64,000 bases of DNA. Source: a bacterium (GTDB taxonomy: Bacteria > Patescibacteriota > JABMPQ01 > JBDRIV01). This document shows positions 43,401-50,811 of the stretch, piece after piece. The translations under genes were made by a program, and so were the position numbers. The DNA lies in the NCBI GenBank assembly GCA_043815505.1, contig JBDRIV010000004.1:186051-250050 (forward strand). Reading direction: 5' to 3'. Under the pieces are notes generated by a model. The model ran no database searches, was not told where the DNA came from, and saw nothing but the letters and a program-made list of their open reading frames with translations. Numbering within the stretch: position 1 is the stretch's first letter; each line of letters begins with the position of its first letter.

Positions 43401-43508
43401 TACACCAAAAATAATTGGTAAAATTGTATTTTTATTCTGGCCTATCTCCTCCTTACTAAAATAACCAAAAATGGTTTGAATTTTTCCTCCCACTTCAGTA
43501 TTTTTCAT
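34467..43508 (-). CDS. giant surface protein: duplicated LamG-like modules, sialate O-acetylesterase (SGNH), Calx-beta-like, DUF11-like, C-terminal FG-GAP-like repeats
   Basis: 3013 aa; TM near the N-terminus; W(L/W)LKA modules x2; AGQSN, HQGE, DGVH; ITNNGPNEAEN; FFAYD...GVNVAAGD repeats. Confidence 0.85.
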   Translation of the reverse strand: MKNTEVGGKIQTIFGYFSKEEIGQNKNTILPIIFGVLLLILGSIYFFVFNDNFVSDKEYISSSQVIADVPNLVTGETAFKLSENSIPDKKTGDELTKEEALTVLIDDTEAEVDATVTDTKGNKFTIPNDHLRFQAGSVVMIVKPLRSFTPGLYTLEATVSSQKNKNTKIFTQDFVWGVLAVNTDKDTYQIGEKADVHIGVLNDFGVPVCNAEVRLEITTPNQIIDQPEVQNTGECEVLEVGHIIPDYQANYTFTEAGEYLMTLTADIGSGEKTISSKINVFDEVDKPDFVVRRTSATRNYPLGPTPMTLEVKFNEDYQGNIVDVVPDSFEISNLSNEGAIGISEAKDSKTIIWNVSAVAGDTLMYNYDFNAPDISPEYYTIGPLELKNENSSPSMNLEEKSIKIKEDRFWQIANDTPPTDGPGGVMTNLGLWLKADMGTSTVIDGANLTSWSDQSGNGNNVTAPGGNEPTYESGTTDLINFNPVIEFTGANSDYLGTAATGIIGSNNAYTKIAVYIIKSTGYANNLISSGATPDTHAFLYGPGISQLRLYHITTLNIGSATAQSIATPYIGVAKYGAGITDAIVDVNGKEEVSDNTGAHAFNGNGTIQLGAYRSANFLDGKIAEAIIYDDDITLANLQKVESYLALKYGLSLSNDNNGDSTTFEAPNADGIHEGDYVLSDDTVAWDASVNQTYHNDVAGIAQDDTSALDQTQSSADDSDGEDKIIISGATGQDDGEALIWGNDGGALAATASYNGISNKRVARVWKVQETGDVGTITVSIPSAAVADLEKMVVHTDPSFATSDREVTLSVNGDNLEATIDFNNGDYFSFITSASLIITSPVQYQTYQRDGGDEADISITGTYVGCDSDNAEASFNGGAYATIDSSLAGGTFSGTLSSQSAGQGSLIVRCESDTDTQDTVADVGIGDVYVVAGQSNAEGRLTNQKSYSHASLKAAVFDEDDNWLEGNDPTDPDPAEKGSVWPLLATHIMGNQDVPVAFITTADSATGLVTPDEDWKKGGTGSGQYENMQQQVTDSGVNAVKAVLWHQGERDANNNVSQNDYNTAFDQVASDMAADLPGAPPMVAAVIGQVGTAPNYVSGIRAATIEAWDDNAGILYGPQIYDLGPLADGVHLTTDAEGQTAADRWWAALEEHFYGGSDGRGPILLNAFIDDTNTLVTMSFSDDNLPLLPTSGLGGFEVKNNGTPVAIDSIDRTATDEITITLSAAATGTVTVSLGDSNDAAGETVPTDSSTYNLPADPFIDEAMDPFIAYSGSFTESANNDGSVTGSVVATITDDTFVNGGSTLTEGVHFILTNKPAGLTAVMNVSGPGDTATLTFTGNATYHNNLDDVSDLTITWQDGAFTTTASAIDVGRYEKDDAVIDFISGTPGGVLTNIKWWLKANTGTSTVIDGANLTSWSDQSGYGNDVSAPGGNEPTYESGTTDLINFNPVIEFNGANSDYMETVTAGIIPNGNAYTKVVVFIRDNTSYSGNLISAGSTPANGNHSMNFGLGSARMNLRNGTSFDIETTNDQLDSTPYIGTGLHGNGLVDTIININGKEEANAGLDSGGFLGTTSNLQIGAYRSANFLDGKIAEAIVYDDAVSLADLQKIESYLALKYGLTLSNDNNGDSTTFEAPNADGIHEGDYVLSDDTVVWDASVNQTYHNDVAGVEEDTDSELNQVTSKSENADGIVSIGSATDQGSLESLIWGNDNGAATFSTTGAPTGREILDRVWKIQETGDVGTVTFTIDAEDADFDLPAAQTNYYLLVDADGDFSSGAIEYQLYDDASNGDAIAADNIYSKNTVAVTDGDYFSIVTEGGASIAWSGNFTEATANDGSVTGSRTATLTNDTYIAGIANGNPFTETTHYTVANVPTGLTAVLTKTSSTVATLTLTGNATNHLDANDVADLTVTFVDGVFTNNATASDVVGYTDNTGQIDFADQPSIAYTGAGFTEATANDGSVTGSIIATLTGDTYQDTDTDDILDETTELVLADVPTGLTAVITLSAGDTVATLTLTGNATNHLDADDVADITFAFQDGAFTNTTTAANVDNATGPASSSLGVDFADQPSIAYDVTTFTEDAANDGSIGNDPTTATLTGDTFVDPITLGVHVQVNNVPAGLSASVNRTGATTIEVSLTGNATSHTDADDISNLEIVWLDGAFTNTTSAANVTNYSKTDFVVDFTDHSYLLVEFNNIAYSEAEASGSISGNLSVRGGIIAASESVNVVLADNTATAGTDYVAGPISVTIPIGDYTTVQSVAFSITVTDDNLLEGNETINLSLNNFSAGAISGDADEDTTNRSTATATITEDDGLTVEFTKATNSKSETVTSPVFKLSVSGGDATGYSGTLTIKVAVTGGTATTGTDYTFSSPKTITIPNADYTTLTKVTIPLTIKNDTKVENNETIIFGLQNPSSYVVVGDASGDSTTNTNYTYTILDDDSLSADLSTSINASASSVEPGDSIIYTVSITNNGPNEAENLISTTTLPSGSTYVSASGTGWSCYESNLKVTCTRISLSASSSVDIWRQEKNINIFNKQSSSNDNISIKIKAPQTEGTITTQATISSNTTDDDITNNTTSKSVLVAYKNTDLKVEINTSADPTTNNITYGISISNNGPDEAENVVASIILPPNSTFISASGTGWSCEELNGEVTCETSIIDSGAEANEITIIVNANSLANDFIITVSVSSDGEDSNLANNTKSASVSMTNLKRSHNIVVGAGQGDGPQVSVFDNQDGDPLTTFFAYDSNYRFGVNVAAGDLNMDGKTEIVTGPGGGGGPQVRIFDQNGVLLSQFMAYSSNARFGIKVAVGDTNGNGQKEIITIPAKAAPAHVKIWDQTGKLLSSFFAYPDTGRAAGYITTGDTSNNGREEIIVGSGGGGYFPATVKIFNHQAELVSEWKAYDSTNYFTGVTVAAGDLTGDGTVEVVTGVSSGNGPNVKVFNPLNAKLLSSFFAYDSNYSCGVNVAVGDMNNDGNAEIVTAPDQGGGPHVKTFDAETNVLMSFFVYNKNLREGLNITTSEF

Positions 43509-43797
43509 TAAAAATGATTAATTATAAATTATGAAAGGATGCCCTTTCTTTATTGCAGTTTACATAAAAAATCTTTCCTAGTCAATCGTAAATATCCGCA
43601 ATTAAGGTATTTTTGATACTTATAACAATTTTCATCAGAATTGCAGTTTTTTTGTATATTAAAAGTTTGTCCGCCACCCGTCAACTGATGGGGGCAGAGG
43701 CAATTCTTTGTGTAATATTATGTGTCTTTTGCTAAAACTCGTATTGGGTGCATCTTAAGGGAGATGCTATTAGAAATAAAGTTATCTAACTATGTAA

Positions 43798-44353
43798 TTA
43801 TTTAAAATGTCTGGGGTATTTAAAATATGTTTGTACAATACCAAAAATTGAATCTCCGACCCATATTTCACCATTCTTTACCATCTCTAATGCTTTTTTG
43901 GAAGAAACTTTTAATACCTCAATCTCTTCTGTCATATCTAAATTCTGTTTGGAATTAAATTCCAGATCTTTGGCATAATAACAATGAGTTACTTGTTTAG
44001 TTTTTGTGGGATTACTTGATATTTTTCCTATAAATTCTAAATTGTCTTCTGTTGTTTTTAATACCCACCTCTTCTTCTAGTTCTACTAAGGCTGATTCTT
44101 TTAAAGTTCTATTCTTTTGTTGAAATCCTCCTGGCAATTCAATCATTGTTTCTCCTACTGCGTGCTTATACTATTTAACTAAAACAATCTCATTATTAGT
44201 TGTAATAGGCAACACCATTACAACATTACCTAGTGGGGAGAAAAAATAATCATCAATAATAGTTCCCTCTAGTAATTCAACCTCATGGCGAATAACAGGA
44301 AACCATTTACTTGGTGAAACGTCTTCTTCTTTTATTACTTTCCATTTTTTCAT
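43798..44353 (-). pseudogene. NUDIX hydrolase (ADP-ribose pyrophosphatase-like), disrupted
   Basis: IVLVK*YKHAVG...ELPGG...ELEEEVG, then a frameshift; the remainder continues to a stop at 43798. Confidence 0.8.
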
Positions 44354-44566
44354 ATATTTTGTTTAATCTTTCACTACACAAAACATTCTAAATGAAAGAC
44401 AATTTCATCTGCTTATTTGTTGAAATTTATTTCGTCATTCTGCCTCAAATTAGGATGCCATCAACAACACAAATTTTTTCCTACCGTACAGCAACTTGAA
44501 AACATCCTTAGACAAAAGATTAGTATTTCTTATAATTTCAGAACAAAAATTCTCACTTAGACAAAC

Positions 44567-46609
44567 CTACCTGTTATTTTCGTTCCCAATCTCTGCGTTC
44601 AAGTTTACATCATAGAAGTTTTTATATGAACCTCCGACTTGTTGTGTCCAAGTCCATTCCACTGGCCCACCATAATTCCACCACGTCTGATACCTCAATG
44701 GGTATTTACAACCACCTCTTTCCGCATCATAGTTGTCATCACTTGTTTGCCATGTTTCTCCCAAATCAGGTGACACCAGCATTTTAGGACGGCTTCTGTC
44801 ACCACAACTTCCCCCAGATATACCCGTGTCTTTACTGCTCCGAGATGCAACATATATTGTTTGACCGTCTGCTCCCAACCCAGGACTTGGATCACTATAA
44901 CCGCATGTCTCTTCAATTAATTGCCATTCAGTCCAAGTATCTCCTAAATTATCAGATTGTTTAAATACTAAGCCAGTATATGTCGCCGTACTTTGAGCAA
45001 ACACAAAGAGTTGATTAGCGCCTACTGTAAGAATTGCTGGATTGCTGGTGTTTTCATCTGACAAGGAAGTTCTTGTCCATGTTTCACCTTGATTGGATGA
45101 TTTGGCAAACCACAACTCTCTTTCTGGAGATGCCATTTCAGAATAAGTTGCCACCAACACATTTTCAGAAGTAACCTCAAAATGAGGGTAATAGAATATA
45201 CCACTGCCAGAACTTACGGTATATGGATCTGACCAGTTGTTTCCTCCATCTATTGACTTAAGTAAATATATTGGCTCATTAGATGAACCCCAATGAGTTG
45301 CAACATATAACGTTCCTGATTCATCTACGGTAGCATTCACGCTTCTATATACCCCAGTTGATGATTCTGACAAACTGGAATTCGTATATATTGTCTGTGG
45401 TGAAGGAGGTGTTTCATTATATCCAAATTTGACCATTTTCAAATTATCACCATCTCTATAAAAATGATAAACCATTTCATTGGGCCCAGAAATTAAACTG
45501 CTGGAGTAAATACCATCAGTATCTATGCGTGTCCAAGTTTCACCGTTATCAGTGGAACGATAAGTATGGTCATAACTACCAGCACTGGCCAAGGTAACTA
45601 TAGTATCATTAATTCTAACCATTCTACGCCCACCAGAGTTATAATGGCAGTTATTTGAACTTATAGTTGAATCAATAATGATTGGTTCGTGTTCATACCA
45701 ACCGCCTACTATCTCTTCACAATCCTCAGGACAAGTCTCGTGATTTTCCCCTTCCTCACAAACATCATTACCACATTCATTAGTAACTTCTTCACAATCA
45801 AAGTCCTCCTCGTCAACAAAGCTATCACAGTCATTATCTAAGTTATCTGTGCATTCAGTTTCTGTGGTGGTACATCTTTGCTCTAAGACTTGGTAGACTA
45901 CGTTACCCACTTTAGGGCGATAGTAAGAGCCTTTGTTGAGACGGAAGCCAAATTGGACATATTGCCAGTTGTAGGTAACGGTAGAAGGAACAGAAATAAC
46001 ATGAAAACCATTGGTAGAAATGGAAGTTGAATACCAAGGGACAATACTATCATCGGTAGTAGCATCAAACTGTTCGTCTGTTCCTCTAAGAAAGAATTCT
46101 AATTCATTGTTACTACCTAAGAAATTGCCAAATAAGGAAGAATTAAGAGGTGAAAGTAAGGCGGTGAAAGCTACCTTGGAGAGACCAGTAGCAGCACTAT
46201 TTTCATCACCGAAGGAAGCGGTGTCTATTACCTCTGAAGTTACCTTAACTATGCCATTATTATTTTCAATGGCGTTGTTGTAACGAGGTAGTTGTTCGTA
46301 ATCTCCTTCTATATTAAAAGTAGTCATATCATAAGGAGTGTTGTGTTTAATATATTTACCGGGGACATAGACGGTTGGTTCTCCTGATAGTTCGTCGGCT
46401 TGGAAGTCTGATTCTCTGATTTCTTCTTTGGGGATAACGGGGAGAACGGCTGCTCCAGCTACGGCTAGAGCAGAGATTATAAAGACACTCCAGACCATTA
46501 GCTTGAGGCGTTTTTTGGTTTTGGTTTGAGCAGTTGTTTGCTCTGTTTGGGTTTGTTTGACCATCATATTTTTGTTGTTATTTGTTTTATTTTGATTATT
46601 TTGAGACAT
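44567..46609 (-). CDS. surface protein: conserved N-module plus BNR/Asp-box (sialidase-like) beta-propeller
   Basis: STDNGETW, SIDGGNNW, SSNQGETW, SDNLGDTW, SPDLGETW Asp-boxes. Confidence 0.85.
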   Translation of the reverse strand: MSQNNQNKTNNNKNMMVKQTQTEQTTAQTKTKKRLKLMVWSVFIISALAVAGAAVLPVIPKEEIRESDFQADELSGEPTVYVPGKYIKHNTPYDMTTFNIEGDYEQLPRYNNAIENNNGIVKVTSEVIDTASFGDENSAATGLSKVAFTALLSPLNSSLFGNFLGSNNELEFFLRGTDEQFDATTDDSIVPWYSTSISTNGFHVISVPSTVTYNWQYVQFGFRLNKGSYYRPKVGNVVYQVLEQRCTTTETECTDNLDNDCDSFVDEEDFDCEEVTNECGNDVCEEGENHETCPEDCEEIVGGWYEHEPIIIDSTISSNNCHYNSGGRRMVRINDTIVTLASAGSYDHTYRSTDNGETWTRIDTDGIYSSSLISGPNEMVYHFYRDGDNLKMVKFGYNETPPSPQTIYTNSSLSESSTGVYRSVNATVDESGTLYVATHWGSSNEPIYLLKSIDGGNNWSDPYTVSSGSGIFYYPHFEVTSENVLVATYSEMASPERELWFAKSSNQGETWTRTSLSDENTSNPAILTVGANQLFVFAQSTATYTGLVFKQSDNLGDTWTEWQLIEETCGYSDPSPGLGADGQTIYVASRSSKDTGISGGSCGDRSRPKMLVSPDLGETWQTSDDNYDAERGGCKYPLRYQTWWNYGGPVEWTWTQQVGGSYKNFYDVNLNAEIGNENNR

Positions 46610-46633
46610 ATGATTATGCTAAGGATTGATTTT

Positions 46634-46750
46634 ATTATAACAAAAAACCGCCCTTCTGTATATTGCTTGCTCTGCTTGTCCCGAATTATTTTGAGGGGAG
46701 CTTATCGAAGAAGTTTACTCTGAGTTTATCGAAGAGGCGATTCTTTGTTT
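46634..46750. repeat. junction repeat: module A with REP-like inserts
   Basis: CAAAAAACCGCC...CTGAGTTTATCGAAG.AGGCGATTCTTTGTTT. Confidence 0.85.
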
Positions 46751-46765
46751 ATTATAGACGATTTG

Positions 46766-47074
46766 CTAGAGATTTAATTCTTTTTCAGTAACAATACCCT
46801 TTGCAATTAAAACTTGCTTGATCTTTTCAACACGAGCTGCAATGATTTTAGAATCTTCATACCACCTTTCGACAGTTTTAATTAGATTGTCTATTGAGTT
46901 AGTAAGATTATCTATCTTCTTGCTTAAAGGTTTAACCTCTGTTTCAAAGCGCCTATTTACCTCTTCTGTTAAACTGTCAATTTTATTATCAACGCTGTCA
47001 AACTCTTTTTTAAATATCCTTGCTAGTCCTTCAAGGCCTTTGTCCAGTTCTTTTTTAGTTAGTGGTTCTGCCAT
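46766..47074 (-). CDS. small coiled-coil protein (paralogue of 47884-48225)
   Basis: MAEPLTKKELDKGLE start; heptad pattern. Confidence 0.8.
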   Translation of the reverse strand: MAEPLTKKELDKGLEGLARIFKKEFDSVDNKIDSLTEEVNRRFETEVKPLSKKIDNLTNSIDNLIKTVERWYEDSKIIAARVEKIKQVLIAKGIVTEKELNL

Positions 47075-47140
47075 TTTGATTGATTAAAGTAGTAATAGTA
47101 TATCAAATCGGTTTTCAGTGTCAAACACTTTGGAAGTGAA

Positions 47141-47286
47141 TCACTTGGCAACTTTGCTTATTGGCTTAAGTGTCGCTTGCCCGCGGATGCGGGACGCAGC
47201 CAGTTTACTCGCCGATTGCAAAGCAATCAAGGGGTGAACGTTGCCTGCCCGCTCCAAAACTTTAGTGAAAAAGGGTTAGAACAAGG
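47141..47286. repeat. junction repeat: half of B plus module C with inserts
   Basis: TCACTTGGCAACTTTGCTTATTGGCT-AAGTGTCGC...GTTAGAACAAGG. Confidence 0.75.
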
Positions 47287-47421
47287 TTAATAGATATACC
47301 AAGCTCTAGTCTTTGACAATTCTCACACTATATACTACATTATATAGTCAATGAGTGACAAAACCTGTTTTTTAATTATATCACTTAGGACAAAATGTTC
47401 TCTTTATTGGAGGAAAAGACT

Positions 47422-47691
47422 ATGAACGCATTAATTCCTGGCTTCTTTGTTATTGTTGCTTTTATTGTAGCTGCTTACATTCATAAGAATAGTGAATGGC
47501 TCATCATTTCCTATTTCGTTACAGGAGCTGTTGGCTATGTTTTGGACTACCTACTACAATCTTTTCTCGAAAATCAACTCAGTAACTATACACTTTTCAG
47601 TCCGAATAGTGTGGATTTTACCGTTATGTATGCTGTATTGTTCGTTATTCCACTCGTTGTTATTTTCAGAAACAAATTGATGCGCTCCTGA
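47422..47691 (+). CDS. small membrane protein (3 TM)
   Basis: GGAGG SD before ATG 47422; TTGACA-17-TACATT at 47313-47341. Confidence 0.6.
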   Translation: MNALIPGFFVIVAFIVAAYIHKNSEWLIISYFVTGAVGYVLDYLLQSFLENQLSNYTLFSPNSVDFTVMYAVLFVIPLVVIFRNKLMRS

Positions 47692-47787
47692 ACTATCTCA
47701 AATACTGCTAGTGGTTCTTCTAAATGAGACCCTTGTATTTATTTCAACTTCAATTGTGAAGATGGAATGATGCATGGGTTTTTTTGT

Positions 47788-47848
47788 CAAAAAACCGCCC
47801 TTCTGGCTATCAAGCTTGCTCTGAGCTTGCCGAAGAGGCGATCTTCTT
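47788..47848. repeat. junction repeat: module A with REP-like insert
   Basis: CAAAAAACCGCCCTTCTG...CTGAGCTTGCCGAAGAGGCGAT. Confidence 0.85.
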
Positions 47849-47883
47849 TCAGGTGAACAGTTTTTTGTTTATTAACTCTTTTA

Positions 47884-48225
47884 TTATGTGAGGTTTAATT
47901 CTTTTTCCGTGGCAATTCCTTTTTTTATTAGAACCTTCTTCATCCTTTCAATTCTTGCGGCAAGAATTTTAGACTCTTCTTGCCACTCTTCAACTTTCTT
48001 AACGTATTTATCTAGCATATTTATAAATCTGTCAAATTTATCATCAATTGCTTTAAACTTTTTGTTCATTTCTAATTTTAGAGAATCTATTTGCATATCT
48101 ACACCATCAAGTCGCTTATCAATACCGTCAAAACGCTTATCAATTCTATTAAATTCTCCTTTAAAAGTTTGTGCTAACTTTTCAAGGCCTTTGTCCAGTT
48201 CTTTTTTAGTTAGTGGTTCTGCCAT
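47884..48225 (-). CDS. small coiled-coil protein
   Basis: IDKRFDGIDKRLDG heptads; 5' end and upstream sequence identical to the 46766-47074 gene. Confidence 0.8.
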   Translation of the reverse strand: MAEPLTKKELDKGLEKLAQTFKGEFNRIDKRFDGIDKRLDGVDMQIDSLKLEMNKKFKAIDDKFDRFINMLDKYVKKVEEWQEESKILAARIERMKKVLIKKGIATEKELNLT

Positions 48226-48291
48226 TTTGATTGATTAAAGTAGTAATAGTATATCAAATCGGTTTTCAGTGTCAAACACTTTGGAAGTGAA

Positions 48292-48372
48292 TCACTTGGC
48301 AACTTTGCTTATTGGCTCAGTGTCGCGTGTCCAGCTGAACTGTGTGCAGCTGGGTGGACGTTGTTAGAACCA
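48292..48372. repeat. junction repeat: half of B plus module C with hairpin insert
   Basis: TTGGCTCAGTGTCG-CGTGTCCAGCTGAACTGTGTGCAGCTGGG-TGGACGTTGTTAGAACC. Confidence 0.9.
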
Positions 48373-48491
48373 AGTTAGTCTCAAATGCTTGACATTTTCG
48401 TTATTATGTGTTAACATGTAATGTTCCTATTCTAGGGACAAAAGTGCCTATCCTTTGATGGGCTAGCCATTTCACCGAGGAGGATGAGAAA

Positions 48492-48827
48492 ATGGCTAAG
48501 AAGAAATCGAAGACGTTCTTTGGGTCAATTTGGGATGAGGATCAGCGAGTTGAGTCTATGAATTTTCAACTCCATGACGCGACTGGGGAACTCGATCAAC
48601 GTTGCGTCCAGAAATGTCATGCTCGCACAACACCCGAGGTTGATTTCTTTATCAGATTGGCTTCTCAAGCTGAGTCTGGCACCATCTACGAAAGAGCGCT
48701 TCATCTCTCGAAAGCCGAAGATGGACGCTTCATTCTAAGAGAAGGTGTCCGAACCCTGTATCTGAATCACCTAGAGTTCACCACCCATGATTTACCGAGA
48801 TTCCTCGGCTACAAAATGGGTTTCTAA
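48492..48827 (+). CDS. hypothetical protein
   Basis: GAGGAGG SD; TTGACA-17-TAACAT at 48389-48417. Confidence 0.65.
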   Translation: MAKKKSKTFFGSIWDEDQRVESMNFQLHDATGELDQRCVQKCHARTTPEVDFFIRLASQAESGTIYERALHLSKAEDGRFILREGVRTLYLNHLEFTTHDLPRFLGYKMGF

Positions 48828-48891
48828 AACAACAAATCAGGCTGCTTCTTTTGAAGCTACAACGACCCGCCATATAAGAGGTCGTTTTTAC

Positions 48892-49024
48892 TTACCAAAA
48901 AACCGCCCTCCTGTATATTGCTTGCTCTGAGTTTATCGAAGAGGCGATTCTTTGGGTGCCGAACGACCAAACCTATCTTGGATAGGAACGGGTCACTTGG
49001 CAACTTTGCTTATTGGCTCCCCAG
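48892..49024. repeat. junction repeat: A + B joined to an alternative right half
   Basis: full A and B, then TGGCTC|CCCAGTCC... Confidence 0.9.
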
Positions 49025-49093
49025 TCCAAAGCTTATTATAATCCTTAAAGATGCCCGCTATCTAGCGGAACTGAAGGAGCAATTATTAGCAAT

Positions 49094-49324
49094 TCAGGCG
49101 TTGTTGTGATGACTGTTCCTACTCCCGTGTTCAATTCCACGGTTTTCATTAATCCCTTTACTTCCTAACGTTTTGTTCTTTTTCGCTTTGTTGTTCTTAT
49201 TGTTTCTCTTTTTGTTGTTATAAAGACACTGGTCCCATAAGATGTCTGCTAGTTGCTCGGTTCCCATGTCTAATATCTCTTTCTTTGTAAATTTGTCATA
49301 GCTATTATTGCTGTTCTTTGACAT
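49094..49324 (-). CDS. small basic hypothetical protein
   Basis: MSKNSNNSYDKF... is the likely start within the 100-aa ORF. Confidence 0.4.
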   Translation of the reverse strand: MSKNSNNSYDKFTKKEILDMGTEQLADILWDQCLYNNKKRNNKNNKAKKNKTLGSKGINENRGIEHGSRNSHHNNA

Positions 49325-49437
49325 AAAATCATCTTTTAATAGCAGGTTATTAGTCCAATTACATGGCAAGGATATTATGATAGCACACCATATCATCCTC
49401 TATTATATTTAAACTGCTAGAACTAATTATATGTTTT

Positions 49438-50523
49438 CTAAAGCTTTCTAGGATCTCTTAAATGTTTTGAGTATATCAATCTGGCAAGTGGGTAAATTGC
49501 TTTTTTCAACAAAGATGGTCTATAAAAATCACCAAGGAATCTAATGGGATCCGCATTGTCGTGGAGCATTCCTACAAACAATCTATATGATCTACGTCCT
49601 AACATATGATACAGTAATCTGTTAGAAATAGATGTTTTTAGTCTAGGTAAAACCACTTTCTTAAATAGAGAATAATAATCTTTATTATCTATGATACTTT
49701 TAGCAGCTATATAACCTGTTGTCATTGCATGTCTAATCCCAAACCCCCATAAGTAATCTTGAGTTCCATTGGCTTCACCCACATATATTTTTCCGTCACT
49801 GGGTTCCTTAGGCAAGAAGAAATTTCCTGTCCCTCCGAATTGTTTTACATTAGTCATTGTAAAATTGATAGATTCTTTGCAAAGCTTGAGTGTTTTGTCA
49901 CGATATTCATTTAGATTCTTGAAGTCATTGAAAATACAAGTAGCAATGACACCATGCCCATTATGGACGAGAAAATAGGAATATCCATCTTTGGCATATT
50001 TGTCATCTGCAATCATTACAATTCGATCTTCGGAATCTGTTTTAAATGTATAACCGCTAGCGAAACCATCTTTAACAGGATCGTTTACTGCTGGCCCAGT
50101 AGCTACAACATCTACTTCTTCAGGTTTTACCAAAGTATTATAAGCGACCTTGATATTGTCATATCTCATAATTTGTTGATTGAGACCATGGTCTAGTGAT
50201 CTTTTTTCAACACCTCGCTTGACCATATAAAAAGCGGGGCGCTCTACATCAAATTCTCTTCTAAATCCATCAGGACCCCAGAAAGATATCTCTTTAAATC
50301 CGGGATGATCAAAATTTGTTTCTATATTAGCTCTCTCTAAAAAATCAAGAGCGTCTTCTTCAAAGCTCCAGTTTTCAATTCCTTGGAAATCCCCTTCAAA
50401 TCTTTTTCCTGAAGTTTCATTTTTCTCATAGATTTCGACCTCATACCCTTCTTTGGCTAAACATAAGGCTGTAGTTATTCCGGATACACCTGCACCTGCA
50501 ATTTTTATCTTTTTACCTTTCAT
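49438..50523 (-). CDS. FAD-dependent oxidoreductase (geranylgeranyl reductase-like)
   Basis: IAGAGVSG Rossmann motif, VGEANG...GFGIRHA; likely start ATG 50523. Confidence 0.85.
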   Translation of the reverse strand: MKGKKIKIAGAGVSGITTALCLAKEGYEVEIYEKNETSGKRFEGDFQGIENWSFEEDALDFLERANIETNFDHPGFKEISFWGPDGFRREFDVERPAFYMVKRGVEKRSLDHGLNQQIMRYDNIKVAYNTLVKPEEVDVVATGPAVNDPVKDGFASGYTFKTDSEDRIVMIADDKYAKDGYSYFLVHNGHGVIATCIFNDFKNLNEYRDKTLKLCKESINFTMTNVKQFGGTGNFFLPKEPSDGKIYVGEANGTQDYLWGFGIRHAMTTGYIAAKSIIDNKDYYSLFKKVVLPRLKTSISNRLLYHMLGRRSYRLFVGMLHDNADPIRFLGDFYRPSLLKKAIYPLARLIYSKHLRDPRKL

Positions 50524-50543
50524 AGTCTTTATTATTTTTTTTA

Positions 50544-50746
50544 ATCCTATCAAAAAACCGCACTTTTGTACATCAGAGCAAGCGTGTTTGGCGATTTTTT
50601 GATATCTGGATTATCTATCTAGCCATCTTTAGTGGTGAGATTAGACAGGATATGTGTTATCCACAGTTTAGGGGGGTTAATTTGCTTTAAAAGTTATATT
50701 TTCATAGCTAAAACTCAGTGTCGTGGACATTGTTAGAACCAGGATA
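50544..50746. repeat. module A (50544-50601) and module C (50711-50746) separated by about 110 bp of non-coding DNA
   Basis: ATCCTATCAAAAAACCGC...TTTGGCGATTTTTTG; AAACTCAGTGTCGTGGACATTGTTAGAACCAGGATA. Confidence 0.85.
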
Positions 50747-50811
50747 ACAAAAAAGGCGTACGTAGATACTACTTAGTTCTACGACGCCCATTTGATTCTC
50801 CCCTTTGTTGT

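Noticed and set aside
32028-46609. diversity-generating retroelement TR/VR pair
   Set aside because: The duplicated segment is N-terminal and coding in both copies; differences are not adenine-specific; no reverse transcriptase
49014-49030. intact tRNA gene
   Set aside because: Only a 9-11 nt match to a tRNA 3' end; no T-arm, anticodon arm or D-arm
48918-49109. 63-aa plus-strand ORF as a real gene (likewise 51405-51605 and 53847-54038)
   Set aside because: These ORFs read through the junction repeats and lack start signals; only the tail portion is informative
50657-50665. replication origin
   Set aside because: A single DnaA box with no cluster and no dnaA/dnaN nearby
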